Shown: one piece after another, positions 47,903 through 57,671 of the stretch
How positions within the stretch are numbered: the stretch's first letter is position 1
Layout of the letters: each line of letters begins with the position of its first letter
Assembly (NCBI GenBank): GCA_040219255.1
Contig: JAVJSW010000068.1
Coordinates: 195,007-259,006, forward strand
Source: Sumerlaeia bacterium
Lineage (GTDB): Bacteria; Sumerlaeota; Sumerlaeia; SLMS01; JAHLLQ01
Length of the DNA: 64,000 nucleotides
Reading direction: 5' to 3'
Position numbers and translations under genes: made by a program
The notes under the pieces: generated by a model
The model's database searches: none
Told to the model about the DNA's origin: nothing
The model's input: the letters and a program-made list of their open reading frames with translations, nothing else

Positions 47903-49981
47903 ATGTCCGAGAACCATCCTCCCGCAAATCGCATGATTTTTTTTGAGCGCCCGCTCCTGGGCGTTCTCTTTTTGTTGGCCGTGCTGCTGCCGTGGCAGCT
48001 CCTGCGCGCCAGTCACGAGGGTAGCCTTTGGGTCGACGAGACCTACTCGCTGATGATGACCCGCAAGTCCGTGGGCGCGTTGATCGAGCACACCTCCGCC
48101 GACGCCCACCCGCCCGGCTATTACCTGATGCTCAAGGCGTGGCTCAAGCTGCCCCGGCTGGTGGGCCACGAGCCAGGCATCTTCTACGCCCGCTTCTCGA
48201 GTGTCCTGGGCTGGGTGGCGCTGGTGCTGGTTTCCTGGTTCGGATCGCGGCGGTTGCTGGGGGTTGAGCGCGGCACCCTGGTGGCTTGGGCGGTGGGCTG
48301 CACCGGCTTGGTTTGGGCGTTGTCGAAGGACCTGCGCAATTACGCGTGGGTTCTGCCGATGCTGTGGGCGTGTTTTCTGATTCAAAGCATCGCCCATCGC
48401 GAGGAGCGCGCGGGAACGCTGTCGCGCCGCGCCGCGATCGGTCTCTGGTTCGGGTACTTCGCCCTGGCGGCGGCGAGCCTCTACTTCCATCTGCTGAGCG
48501 CCTTCCTGCTGTTCCTGCTGGGACTGCTGTGGATCGCGCGCTGCACGGGTCATCGGTGGCGCTCGGGTTTCGTTTTGGGCGGAGCGGCCGCGCAGGCCGC
48601 CACCGTGCTGGCGTTTCTGCCTTGGCTGCTGAGATTGCGCGATCAGGTGCAGTATCTCGCCGTGACGCCAACGGAATGGATGACGCCGCCGACGCTGCTG
48701 AATCTGGCATCGGTGTTCGCCTATTGTGCACCCTGGGGGAATCCGGTGGCGTTTCCCGAGGCATTCAACACGAACCCCGGCTTGCGCGCGCTTCTTTGGG
48801 GGTTGGGAACGACGGCCCTTCTGCTGCCCATTTGCGGGTTTCTGGCGGCGTTGCTTGCTAGGCCGGGCACGAGACGCGATCGCGACCTCGGCCATCTCGG
48901 GGCGTTGGCGTTCGTGGGCTTTGGGTTTGGCACCCTGCTGTGGGCGATCAGCGCCCTGGACATCGCCAAGGTCTTCCACTCGGCCCGCTATCCGGTGCTG
49001 GGATTGCCAATGGCGGCGGGGGCGCTGGCGTTGGCGGCGAGCATCACGGCACGCGGGAGGCGATGGGTGGCGTGGAGCCTGATGGGGCCGTGGCTGCTGA
49101 TCGGCGCGGCGATGCTGGTGGTGACCAACGGCCAGGAACGGGGGGGCGGGCCCCAGTTGGCCATCGCGCAATTGGACCCGGCGATGCGTCCCGCCCCGGG
49201 CGAGCCCCTCTACGTCATGCCCAGCGAACTGATCCCGATGTTCCGCGAGACGCTGGCCCCCTGGGATGTGCGCCGCATCGAGGATTTGACCGAAGTTCCC
49301 GCCGAGGGGGTGGAGCGGGTTTTCGTGGCGGAGCTTTCGCTGTGGGAGTCCATACGGTCCAATCGCGACTCGGTCGCCTCGGGCCTCGTCAGGGGAGGAC
49401 AATTGGCCGAGTCCACCGTGACGGCGGACATCCCGCCGGGGATTTGGGCGTGGATGCGCTTTCATCGTCTGGATCGGCCTGATCGGGATCGCTGGCCAGA
49501 GATCGTCCTCGGCGGCCTCGCCCCCGCCTCGCCCCCCGTTCCCGGCCACTCGCTGGCCGTGGCCACACCCGGGGGCCAGAACTTCTGGCAGGGCTGGAGC
49601 GTCCTGGAGGCAGGAGCCGACGCCCAGACGTGGCGCTGGGCCATTGGCGGCGAGAGCCTGCTGCGCTTCGACCGCGCCCTGCCCCCCGGCGATTACATCG
49701 TCCACGTGCGTGGCCATCGGAATCCCTATCCCGAAGAAACGGTGGAGATGACCTTCTCGACACCCGCAATGGACGAACCGGTGCGTGCCGAGCGACCGGC
49801 AGGGGCCTTCGAGACGCCGGTGCTTTTGCGCTGGGGCGGAGGCGGCGCCCCCTTCGAAGTGCGGGTGACCTGCCCGACGTATCGGCCTTCGGAATTCGAA
49901 CCCGAAAACAAGGACGGCCGGCCACTGGGGTGGTTGCTGCTGTGGGCATGGGTCGAAGCGGTGCCGGAAACGGTTGAGTAG
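47903..49981 (+). CDS. Polytopic membrane glycosyltransferase-like protein, GT-C fold (GT39/ArnT/PMT-like) with C-terminal soluble domain
   Basis: About 11 predicted helices and a first extracytoplasmic loop SLWVDETYSLMMTRKS with a DE motif characteristic of GT-C enzymes. A ~230-aa C-terminal domain follows. Confidence 0.55.
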   Translation: MSENHPPANRMIFFERPLLGVLFLLAVLLPWQLLRASHEGSLWVDETYSLMMTRKSVGALIEHTSADAHPPGYYLMLKAWLKLPRLVGHEPGIFYARFSSVLGWVALVLVSWFGSRRLLGVERGTLVAWAVGCTGLVWALSKDLRNYAWVLPMLWACFLIQSIAHREERAGTLSRRAAIGLWFGYFALAAASLYFHLLSAFLLFLLGLLWIARCTGHRWRSGFVLGGAAAQAATVLAFLPWLLRLRDQVQYLAVTPTEWMTPPTLLNLASVFAYCAPWGNPVAFPEAFNTNPGLRALLWGLGTTALLLPICGFLAALLARPGTRRDRDLGHLGALAFVGFGFGTLLWAISALDIAKVFHSARYPVLGLPMAAGALALAASITARGRRWVAWSLMGPWLLIGAAMLVVTNGQERGGGPQLAIAQLDPAMRPAPGEPLYVMPSELIPMFRETLAPWDVRRIEDLTEVPAEGVERVFVAELSLWESIRSNRDSVASGLVRGGQLAESTVTADIPPGIWAWMRFHRLDRPDRDRWPEIVLGGLAPASPPVPGHSLAVATPGGQNFWQGWSVLEAGADAQTWRWAIGGESLLRFDRALPPGDYIVHVRGHRNPYPEETVEMTFSTPAMDEPVRAERPAGAFETPVLLRWGGGGAPFEVRVTCPTYRPSEFEPENKDGRPLGWLLLWAWVEAVPETVE

Positions 49982-50008
49982 GCAAACGATTCGCGTCAGG
50001 ATCAGATC

Positions 50009-51124
50009 ATGTTCGACCTGTCCCAACCCATTCCCGGATGCCGAGTTTTCCCCGATGGCCGCGTGGCCTTTGCCGCGGCGGCGCCCGGCGCTCGGCGCGT
50101 GCTGCTGGCGGGGGATTTCACCCATTGGGGGGCGGGGGCGCTCGCCATGGGGCCGGACCCCTCCCATCCCGGCGAGTGGACGCTGACGCTCGATCAGCCT
50201 CTGGCGCCCGGGCTCTACTTCTACAAGTACATCGTCGACGACGTCTGGCGCCACGATGAGCTGAACCCGATCCGCGAAGCCGATCCCTTCGGCGGGTCGA
50301 ACAGTGTTTTCGTCGTCGGCGGCCGCGAGGACCTGGGCCCGCCAGAGGCTCTTCGCGTCATGACGTTGAACCTGCACACCTGGCAGGAGCTGGAGTCGCA
50401 TCTCAAACTGCGCCAGACGGCGTTTGTGCTGGCGGCGCTGGACGTGCACGCGGTGCTTCTGCAGGAAGTGGGGGCCCATCGCGAGGACCCGCTCTTCGCC
50501 AACGCGGGAGGCGCCTTGCAGGCGCTCCTGGAAATGCACACAGGCCGCACCTGGCATCACGCATGGCGCTTCGCCCATGAAAGCTTCCGCCATTTCGACG
50601 AAGGCTTGTCGCTAATGAGCTGCCTGCCGCTCGAAGACGTGGAAGCGGTGGAACTGTCCGGCGGCGACCTGCGGCGCATCGCCCTGGGGGCCGTCGTGCG
50701 CCATGGCGGCCGGCGGGTGCGGCTGGCGGCGGCGCACCTGAACTGGCCCTGGACCAGCGGACCGGAGGAAGCGGCGGCGCTGCTGCGATGGATCGAGGAG
50801 CGGGAAGCGGCGTCGCCCACCGATGGCGTCCTTGTGGGCGGGGACTTCAACGCGACGACGGACGACGAGCAGGTGCGGGTCTTGACGGACGCGGGCTTCT
50901 TGGATGTGGCGCGTCATTGCGCTCAGGCTCGGCACTGCACACCGAAACCCACCATGGGCGAGGGCGAGCGGGGAATGCGAATCGATTTCCAGTTTCTGAG
51001 AAGCCATGGGCCGGGGCGTTTGAGGCCGGAGATTTGCCGGGTGGCTTTCGAGGAAGGCGGCTGGGGCGGGGTGTTCCAGCCCCGGGTGAGCGACCACGCG
51101 GGGGTCTTCGCGGTGTACCGGTGA
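50009..51124 (+). CDS. Fusion protein: N-terminal CBM48/AMPK-beta-type glycogen-binding domain plus C-terminal endonuclease/exonuclease/phosphatase (EEP) domain
   Basis: VFPDGRVAFAAAAPGARRVLLAGDFTHWGAGALAM...WTLTLDQPLAPGLYFYKYIVDDVWRHDELNP...GGSNSVFVV matches the CBM48/E-set pattern (V-x-F-x-x-A-x-x-V-x-L-x-G-x-F-x-x-W...Y-x-YKF-x-VDG-x-W). The EEP hallmarks LRVMTLNLH, VLLQEV, GGDFNA and SDHAGV follow. Confidence 0.7.
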   Translation: MFDLSQPIPGCRVFPDGRVAFAAAAPGARRVLLAGDFTHWGAGALAMGPDPSHPGEWTLTLDQPLAPGLYFYKYIVDDVWRHDELNPIREADPFGGSNSVFVVGGREDLGPPEALRVMTLNLHTWQELESHLKLRQTAFVLAALDVHAVLLQEVGAHREDPLFANAGGALQALLEMHTGRTWHHAWRFAHESFRHFDEGLSLMSCLPLEDVEAVELSGGDLRRIALGAVVRHGGRRVRLAAAHLNWPWTSGPEEAAALLRWIEEREAASPTDGVLVGGDFNATTDDEQVRVLTDAGFLDVARHCAQARHCTPKPTMGEGERGMRIDFQFLRSHGPGRLRPEICRVAFEEGGWGGVFQPRVSDHAGVFAVYR

Positions 51125-51455
51125 GGGGGCGGAATTTCGAAGAAGCGAAGGGTTGGGCGAACCGGTGCTCTGGAGTGCGGATTCGAGGGCGAAAAAGGTT
51201 TTCCGGGGTTTCCCTTGACGGGAGGGCCGAGTTCCGGTCCCCTGTGGCTTCGCTGGGGGCCACCGCTTTGCTCCCGGCTATGCTAGACCTCGTCTATCCG
51301 TGGAGAACAGAGCCTTCCATTGACTTCCCAATCCCCCCTGTCCTAACATCCCGGCACCTGTTGTGCGCGCTGTCGAGCGCCCCCTGATCGTGCGGGATTC
51401 GCCAACCAAAAACCTCTGTCTCCCACCCACCAACGGATAATTTTCAGGAGAGTCC

Positions 51456-54400
51456 ATGCAAATAAAGCAAGTCGCTGAACTACTGGGCGTCGAGCCTAAG
51501 CAGATTGCCACGGAAGTGGACAATATGCGTGAGGATTTGACAGCCAAAGGGTTCAAAGTGCCAAAGCGGGTGACCGTCGCAAGCAAGCTGGAGGACGCCG
51601 CTGTCAATTTCGTCCTCGCCGCGATGGATCAACGCAAGAAAGAGAAGGCGCCGGAGAAGGCGCCCGCCGCCACCGACGCGAAGCGCGAGCAGGAAGAGAA
51701 GACTCGCCGGGAAGCCGCCGAGCGCAAGAAGTCGGAAGAAGAAGAAGCCAAGAAGCGCCGCGAGGAAATGGAGCGGCAGCGCCGCGCCGAAATGGAGCGC
51801 CGCCGGCAGGAAATGGCCCGTATGCAGGCCATGCAGACTTCCCCGACGTCCGGCGCGCCCCGCGTGGGTCCGCCTTCCGGACCGCGCCGCCCCGGGCCCG
51901 ACGCCCCCGCCGGTCCGCCGACGGGCCGCGCCGTGGTCGTTCCCCCCATGCCCCAGGCTCCCCAGGCTCCGGAGGCCCCCCAGGGGCCGCCGCCAGCCGC
52001 CGGCCCCGCGCCCATGGCGCAACAATCGCCGCAGGGGCCACCGAGCGCCGCGGCACCTCAGCAGCAGCATGCCAACGCTCCCGCCGCTCAGCAGCCGCCG
52101 CAGCCCGCCCCCCCGCAGGGCCGCGCCCCTCATCCCGGCCAGCAGCAGGGTCAGCCGGGTCAGGCTCCGCCCCCGCAGCAGCCGCGTCCGGGCTACCAGG
52201 GTCAAAATCCTCGTCCTTATACACCCGGACCGCGTCCTCAGCAGGGTTTCCGTCCGCAGCAGAGCACGGCCCCGCCGCGCCAGGGCGGCGCCCCCATGCA
52301 ACCCGGAATGCCGCGTCAGCAGGGCCCCGGCGCTCCTCGCGGACCTTACCAAGGTGGCGGTCCTGGCGGTGCTCAGCAACGCCCCGGTCAGCCTTTCAAC
52401 CGGGGTCCGCGCCCCGGCGGCGGTCCCGGTGGTCCCGGCGGCCCCCATCAGGGTGGTCCCCGGCCTCCGCGCCGCGACGATCAGCAGGGTCGCCCCGGTG
52501 CCCCCGGCGGTCCCCAGCAGCGTCGGCCGCGCACCCCTCTCCCGACCGGTTCGCCGTCGATGGAGGATTTGCAGAGCTTTGCCGATCAGGGTTTCATGAC
52601 CTCGATCGACGAGACGACGCAGCGGGCCCGGCGCCAGGGTCCCTCGGGTGGCAAGGATCGCCGCCCGGCGAAGAAAGACACGCCGGAGGAACGGCCTCGT
52701 AAGCGGCCCGCCGCGGCGCCGACGGACCGCAAGAGCGGCCGGGGCGATGGCAAGCGCTTCCGCCCGACGCAGATCTTCAACGGCGAAGTCATCAGCCGCC
52801 GTCCCACCGCGGGGCGTCCGGGCCGCAAGGGTGGCGGTGGCAAAGGCCGCCGTGGTCATGATCTGCCGCAACAGCCCAAGCGCGTCAAATTCACCGGCGA
52901 TTTCACCGTCGGTCAGTTCGCCGAAAAGGCCGGCGTCGCCTCCAGCGATGTCATTCGCCAGCTCATGCTGATGGGCGAAATGCTGACGATGAACGAAATC
53001 CTGGAAGCCGATCTGGCGGAACTCGTCGCCGAGGAACTGGGCTTCGAGGTGGTCATCCAACGGGAAAGCGACGAGCTGGACGTGGAAGAGTACGTGGATC
53101 TCGACGACTCGGATGAGGATCTTCTGCCTCGCGCTCCGATCGTGACCGTCATGGGCCACGTGGACCATGGCAAGACCACGCTGCTCGACGCGATCCGCGA
53201 CGCGGATGTGGTCAGCGGCGAGCATGGCGGCATCACCCAGCACATCGGCGCTTATCACGTCGTGCATGCGAAGGGACCGATCACGTTCCTCGACACGCCG
53301 GGCCACGCGGCCTTCACGGCGATGCGTGCCCGCGGCGCCAACGTCACCGATTTGGTGGTGCTGGTGGTGGCAGCCAACGACGGCGTCATGCCGCAGACGC
53401 GGGAGGCGATCAGCCACGCCCGCGCGGCGGAAGTTCCGATCATTGTGGCCATCAACAAGATGGACGCCCCCGGCGCCAACCCGATGCGCGTCAAGCAAGA
53501 GCTGATGCAGTACGAGATGGTTTCGGAAGATCTCGGCGGCGAGACGATCATGGTGGAGGTGTCGGCTCTTAAGAAAACGGGCGTTGACGAACTCCTGGAC
53601 ATGATCCTGTTGCAGTCCGAGGTGCTGGAACTGAAGGCCAATCCGAACCGCAACGCGGTGGGTACGATCGTCGAGGCGCGGATGGACGCGCTGCGCGGCG
53701 CCACGGCGACGGTTTTGGTGGAGAACGGAACCCTCGAGGTGGGCGATCACTTCGTCTGCGGCACGGAATACGGCCGTATCCGGGCGATGCGCAACGACCG
53801 CGGGGAAACCATCAAGGAAGCGGGTCCGGCCATTCCGGTCGAGATCCTCGGCGTGAGCGGCAGCCCGGAAGCGGGCGAGCAGTTCATCGTTCTGCCGACG
53901 GAGCAGGAAGCGCGCGAGATCGCCGAACGGCGCGCCGACCGCCGCCGGATGCGGTCCGCCGCGACGAAGACCACGCACGTGACGCTGGAGAACCTGAGCG
54001 AGCACCTCAGCGAGGGCGAAGTGAAGGAACTCAACCTGATCGTGAAGGCCGACGTGCAGGGCTCTGTCGAGGCCATCGCGGCTTCTCTCATGAAGATCGA
54101 GTCCAACAAAGTCACGCTGCGGATTCTTCACAGCGGTGTCGGCGCCGTGGGCGAAGGCGACGTTCAGTTGGCCGACGCGTCCGACGCGATCATCCTGGGC
54201 TTCAACGTCCGTCCCGAACCGGCGGCTCGCCGCCTGGCGGAGCAGGAAGGTGTGGAAATCCGCACCTACAACGTCATCTACGAACTGCTGGAAGAAATCG
54301 AGAAGGCCATGCTCGGCCTGGTCGATCCGGAATTCTCCGAGCAGGACATGGCCCGCATCACCGTGCAGGAAATCTACAAGGTCTCCAAAATCGGCACCAT

Positions 54401-54647
54401 CGCCGGTTGCTTTGTGGAAGAAGGCACGGTGGCCCGCGATCACAAAGCCCGCCTCGTTCGCAATGGCTCCGTGATCTGGACTGGCGATATCGCTTCTCTG
54501 CGCCGTTTCAAGGACGACGCGAAGGAAGTCAACGCTGGCCTGGAATGCGGAATCGGTCTCAAGAACTTCAACGACGTCAAAGTCGGCGACGTGATCGAGA
54601 CCTTCGTGATGAAGGAACTGGCCGTGACGCTGGTCTCCACCACCTAA
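51456..54647 (+). CDS. infB: Translation initiation factor IF-2 with about 420-aa Pro/Gln/Gly-rich N-terminal extension
   Basis: G-domain [20 protein letters not shown] and NKMD. C-terminal IF-2 domains are present ([10 protein letters not shown]...). The N-terminus is highly charged then PQG-rich (51.85-52.56 kb). Confidence 0.95.
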   Translation: MQIKQVAELLGVEPKQIATEVDNMREDLTAKGFKVPKRVTVASKLEDAAVNFVLAAMDQRKKEKAPEKAPAATDAKREQEEKTRREAAERKKSEEEEAKKRREEMERQRRAEMERRRQEMARMQAMQTSPTSGAPRVGPPSGPRRPGPDAPAGPPTGRAVVVPPMPQAPQAPEAPQGPPPAAGPAPMAQQSPQGPPSAAAPQQQHANAPAAQQPPQPAPPQGRAPHPGQQQGQPGQAPPPQQPRPGYQGQNPRPYTPGPRPQQGFRPQQSTAPPRQGGAPMQPGMPRQQGPGAPRGPYQGGGPGGAQQRPGQPFNRGPRPGGGPGGPGGPHQGGPRPPRRDDQQGRPGAPGGPQQRRPRTPLPTGSPSMEDLQSFADQGFMTSIDETTQRARRQGPSGGKDRRPAKKDTPEERPRKRPAAAPTDRKSGRGDGKRFRPTQIFNGEVISRRPTAGRPGRKGGGGKGRRGHDLPQQPKRVKFTGDFTVGQFAEKAGVASSDVIRQLMLMGEMLTMNEILEADLAELVAEELGFEVVIQRESDELDVEEYVDLDDSDEDLLPRAPIVTVMGHVDHGKTTLLDAIRDADVVSGEHGGITQHIGAYHVVHAKGPITFLDTPGHAAFTAMRARGANVTDLVVLVVAANDGVMPQTREAISHARAAEVPIIVAINKMDAPGANPMRVKQELMQYEMVSEDLGGETIMVEVSALKKTGVDELLDMILLQSEVLELKANPNRNAVGTIVEARMDALRGATATVLVENGTLEVGDHFVCGTEYGRIRAMRNDRGETIKEAGPAIPVEILGVSGSPEAGEQFIVLPTEQEAREIAERRADRRRMRSAATKTTHVTLENLSEHLSEGEVKELNLIVKADVQGSVEAIAASLMKIESNKVTLRILHSGVGAVGEGDVQLADASDAIILGFNVRPEPAARRLAEQEGVEIRTYNVIYELLEEIEKAMLGLVDPEFSEQDMARITVQEIYKVSKIGTIAGCFVEEGTVARDHKARLVRNGSVIWTGDIASLRRFKDDAKEVNAGLECGIGLKNFNDVKVGDVIETFVMKELAVTLVSTT

Positions 54648-54714
54648 CCGGTGAACCCGGCGCGCTCAACGTACACCGTTGATCCGCAACGAGTTCGCTC
54701 CTCGGAATAAATGG

Positions 54715-54746
54715 CCCCGCTGGTCCTTGACTAGCGGGGTTTTTCC
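54715..54746 (+). terminator. Intrinsic terminator after infB
   Basis: ccccgct-ggtccttgact-agcgggg hairpin followed by tttttcc. Confidence 0.6.
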
Positions 54747-54830
54747 GTTTGTAGTCCGGCCTTCCGGCGGCAAGACTTCCCACCGCTCACTCCCTCGGAA
54801 ATCCACTCCTCGCCCTTTGCTTTCGCCCCC

Positions 54831-57041
54831 ATGCCGACTTCCCCTTCGCCAGACGTTCTGATTCAGCACCTGCGGGAGCGGTGGGGCTACGAAGCCTTTC
54901 GGCCCCTCCAGCGCGAAGCCATGGACGCTGTGATGGCGGGCCGCGACTCGCTGGTGATTCTGCCGACGGGAGGCGGGAAATCGCTCTGCTTCCAGGTTCC
55001 GGCGCTGGCCCTGGAAGGACTGGCGGTGGTGGTGTCGCCGCTGATTTCCTTGATGACGGATCAGGTGGACGCGCTGCGGGAACTGGGCGTGGCAGCGGGC
55101 AAGCTCCACAGCGGCCAGGACCCGGAAGAAGCGCGGGCGATCCGCGCGGCGATGCGCTCCGGCGAACTGAAGCTGCTCTACGTTTCGCCGGAGCGTCTGG
55201 TGGCCGAGGGCTTCGACGGCGTGGTGGAGGGGGCCGAGGTGTCGTTTCTCGCCATCGACGAGGCGCACTGCGTCAGTGAATGGGGCCACGATTTCCGGCC
55301 GGAATACCGTCAACTGGCGGGTTTTCGCGAGCTTTATCCGCGCGCCGCGCTGCATTGCTACACGGCCACCGCCACGCCCGCCGTGGCCCAGGACATCGCC
55401 CGCCAGTTGGGCCTGCGGGACCCGGCGATTCTGTGCGGATCCTTCGACCGGCCAAACCTGACGTATCGCGTGGAGCGCCGCCGCGACGTCGCCACCCAGG
55501 TCATCGACGTGGCCAATCGCCACCGGGGCGAGAGCGGCATCGTGTACTGCATCAGCCGCCGCGAGACGGAGCGCGTGGCCGAGGAACTGGTTGCCGCCGG
55601 GATCAGGGCCCGGGCCTATCACGCCGGTCTGGACCCGGAAACCCGCGCCGACAATCAACGGCGGTTCATCCGCGACGAAGTGACCATCATCGTCGCCACC
55701 ATCGCCTTCGGCATGGGGATCGATAAACCCGACGTGCGCTTTGTGGTGCACGCGGGGATGCCGAAATCGCTGGAGAATTACCAGCAGGAAAGCGGCCGCG
55801 CCGGGCGCGACGGGCTCGAGGCCGAGTGCGTGCTGCTCTACAGCGGCGGCGATGTGGGCAAGTGGTCCACGATCATCGGCGATCAGCCCGAGGAGCAACG
55901 GCGCGTCACCTGGGACAAGCTCAACGCGGTGCAGCGCTACGCCGAGGCGTTGACGTGCCGGCGAGCGGTGCTGCTCGGCTATTTCGGCGAGACCTATGGC
56001 GCCGAAAAATGCGACTCCTGCGATGTCTGCGAGGGCACGGTGACGGCTCTCGGCAATGGCCGGGAAGTGGCCCAGATGATCTTGTCGAGCGTTGTGCGGC
56101 AGAAGTTCCCCACCTCGCCGGCCCACACCACGGCGGTGCTGACCGGCGGCAACACGGCCTCCATCCGCGAGGCGGGGCACCAGGAGCTTTCGACCTACGG
56201 CTTGCTGCGCCAATACAGCCGCGAGGCGGTGCGCGGCTGGATCACCCAGTTGGTGATGCAGGGGCACCTGGGCAACACGGGCGATTCGATGAACTCTCCG
56301 CTGCGCGTCACGGACGCCGGGTGGCGGGTTCTGAAGGGCGAGGATACGGCGCGGCTGGTGCATCACGAACAGGCGGAGACTTCTTCCGGGCCGGGCTCGC
56401 GCTCCAGCCGGGGCGAGGCGGACTGGCAGGGCGTCGAGCGGCCGCTGTTCGATTTGCTGCGGGGGTTGCGGCGGGAACTGGCCGAGCAGCACAACGTGCC
56501 GCCTTACATGGTTTTCGGCGATCAATCGCTGCGGGAAATGGCGCGCTGCCGGCCGACCGAACTGGAGGGCCTGCGGCGTCTTCACGGTGTGGGCGAGAAG
56601 AAGCTGGAAACCTACGGCGAGGAGTTCCTGCAGGCCATCGCCGGTTACTGCCATCGCAACCCGGACCTGGCAGTGAACGATTTCGCGCACGCGAGCGGCG
56701 CGGCCTCGCCGGTGCAGCGCAAAGCCAGCACCCGCATGGCCGCCGGCCGGGCCCAGGCGCTGCGGCTGCTGCGCGAAGGCGCCAGCCTCGATGCGGTGGC
56801 CCAGCAAACGGGGCGGGCGCGCTCGACGGTGGAGGGGGATCTGGAAACCCTCATCCGCCAGGACCGCATCGGCGATCCCACGTTATGGGTGGACCCCGAC
56901 CTGGCGGTGCGGATCGAGGAAGCGTCGGACGCGGAGCCGAGCGGCCGTTTGCGGCCCATTCACGAGGCTCTCGACGGCGAGGCGGCGTACTGGCAAATCC
57001 GCTTGGTGCGGGCCTGCCGGGCGATTCGGGAAGAGGGGTGA
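54831..57041 (+). CDS. recQ: ATP-dependent DNA helicase RecQ (helicase core, RQC, HRDC, extra C-terminal domain)
   Basis: LRERWGYEAFRPLQREAMDAVMAGRDSLVILPTGGGKSLCFQVPA is the RecQ motif 0/I region. DEAHC is present. A zinc-binding cluster (CRRAVLLGYFGE...CDSCDVC) and an HRDC-like domain (LFDLLRGLRRELAEQHNVPPYMVFGDQSLREMA) follow. Confidence 0.9.
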   Translation: MPTSPSPDVLIQHLRERWGYEAFRPLQREAMDAVMAGRDSLVILPTGGGKSLCFQVPALALEGLAVVVSPLISLMTDQVDALRELGVAAGKLHSGQDPEEARAIRAAMRSGELKLLYVSPERLVAEGFDGVVEGAEVSFLAIDEAHCVSEWGHDFRPEYRQLAGFRELYPRAALHCYTATATPAVAQDIARQLGLRDPAILCGSFDRPNLTYRVERRRDVATQVIDVANRHRGESGIVYCISRRETERVAEELVAAGIRARAYHAGLDPETRADNQRRFIRDEVTIIVATIAFGMGIDKPDVRFVVHAGMPKSLENYQQESGRAGRDGLEAECVLLYSGGDVGKWSTIIGDQPEEQRRVTWDKLNAVQRYAEALTCRRAVLLGYFGETYGAEKCDSCDVCEGTVTALGNGREVAQMILSSVVRQKFPTSPAHTTAVLTGGNTASIREAGHQELSTYGLLRQYSREAVRGWITQLVMQGHLGNTGDSMNSPLRVTDAGWRVLKGEDTARLVHHEQAETSSGPGSRSSRGEADWQGVERPLFDLLRGLRRELAEQHNVPPYMVFGDQSLREMARCRPTELEGLRRLHGVGEKKLETYGEEFLQAIAGYCHRNPDLAVNDFAHASGAASPVQRKASTRMAAGRAQALRLLREGASLDAVAQQTGRARSTVEGDLETLIRQDRIGDPTLWVDPDLAVRIEEASDAEPSGRLRPIHEALDGEAAYWQIRLVRACRAIREEG

Positions 57042-57221
57042 GGCGGCGGCTCCGGTACGGTTTCCGCTGGGAGGGCGGGAAGGCGGTTGAGTCCCCGGGG
57101 CGAATGGGTTACCTCACACCCAAGTCGTCGCTCCACTGTTTCGGAATGACGCTCTTCGCCCAACCGGAAAGGCGCTTATGATTCAGATGTCAGGACCGAC
57201 GCGCGGCTCGGCGGCCGCGCC

Positions 57222-57671
57222 ATGAGTCAACGCGAGAGCCGGCATATGCCGTCGTGGTTGCGCCACGAGGCGACGTCCTCTGACGCGCTGCCGCTCGGTG
57301 GCATGTTCTCCGCCCCGGGCCAGCCCTTCGTGCCGCCGACCGATGTGGTGGAATACAGCGACCGCGTGGTGATCCGCATGGAAGTTCCGGGCGTGGATCG
57401 CGATGAATTGATGATCGTGCAGGAAGATCGCTTCGTGATCGTACAGGGCAAACGCAAGCGCCCGCCCCATGAACGCGAAGCGCAGACCTATCGCCTGACG
57501 GAAATCCAGTACGGACCCTTCGGCCGCGTCTTCGAGTTCCCCGATTTCCTGGATCTGTCCCAGGTGCGCGCCGATTATGACGAGGGCTTCCTGACCATCC
57601 GCATCCCCAAGACCGGCAAGGCGCCCCGCCAACCCATTTCCCTCCGCATAAGGATCGAGAAACCTCAGTGA
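57222..57671 (+). CDS. Hsp20/alpha-crystallin-family small heat-shock protein
   Basis: PPTDVVEYSDRVVIRMEVPGVDRDELMIVQEDRFVIVQGKRK...GPFGRVFEFPDFLDLSQVRADYDEGFLTIRIPK is the ACD pattern including the GVL/FLTIRIPK end. The start could instead be the Met at 57246. Confidence 0.8.
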   Translation: MSQRESRHMPSWLRHEATSSDALPLGGMFSAPGQPFVPPTDVVEYSDRVVIRMEVPGVDRDELMIVQEDRFVIVQGKRKRPPHEREAQTYRLTEIQYGPFGRVFEFPDFLDLSQVRADYDEGFLTIRIPKTGKAPRQPISLRIRIEKPQ

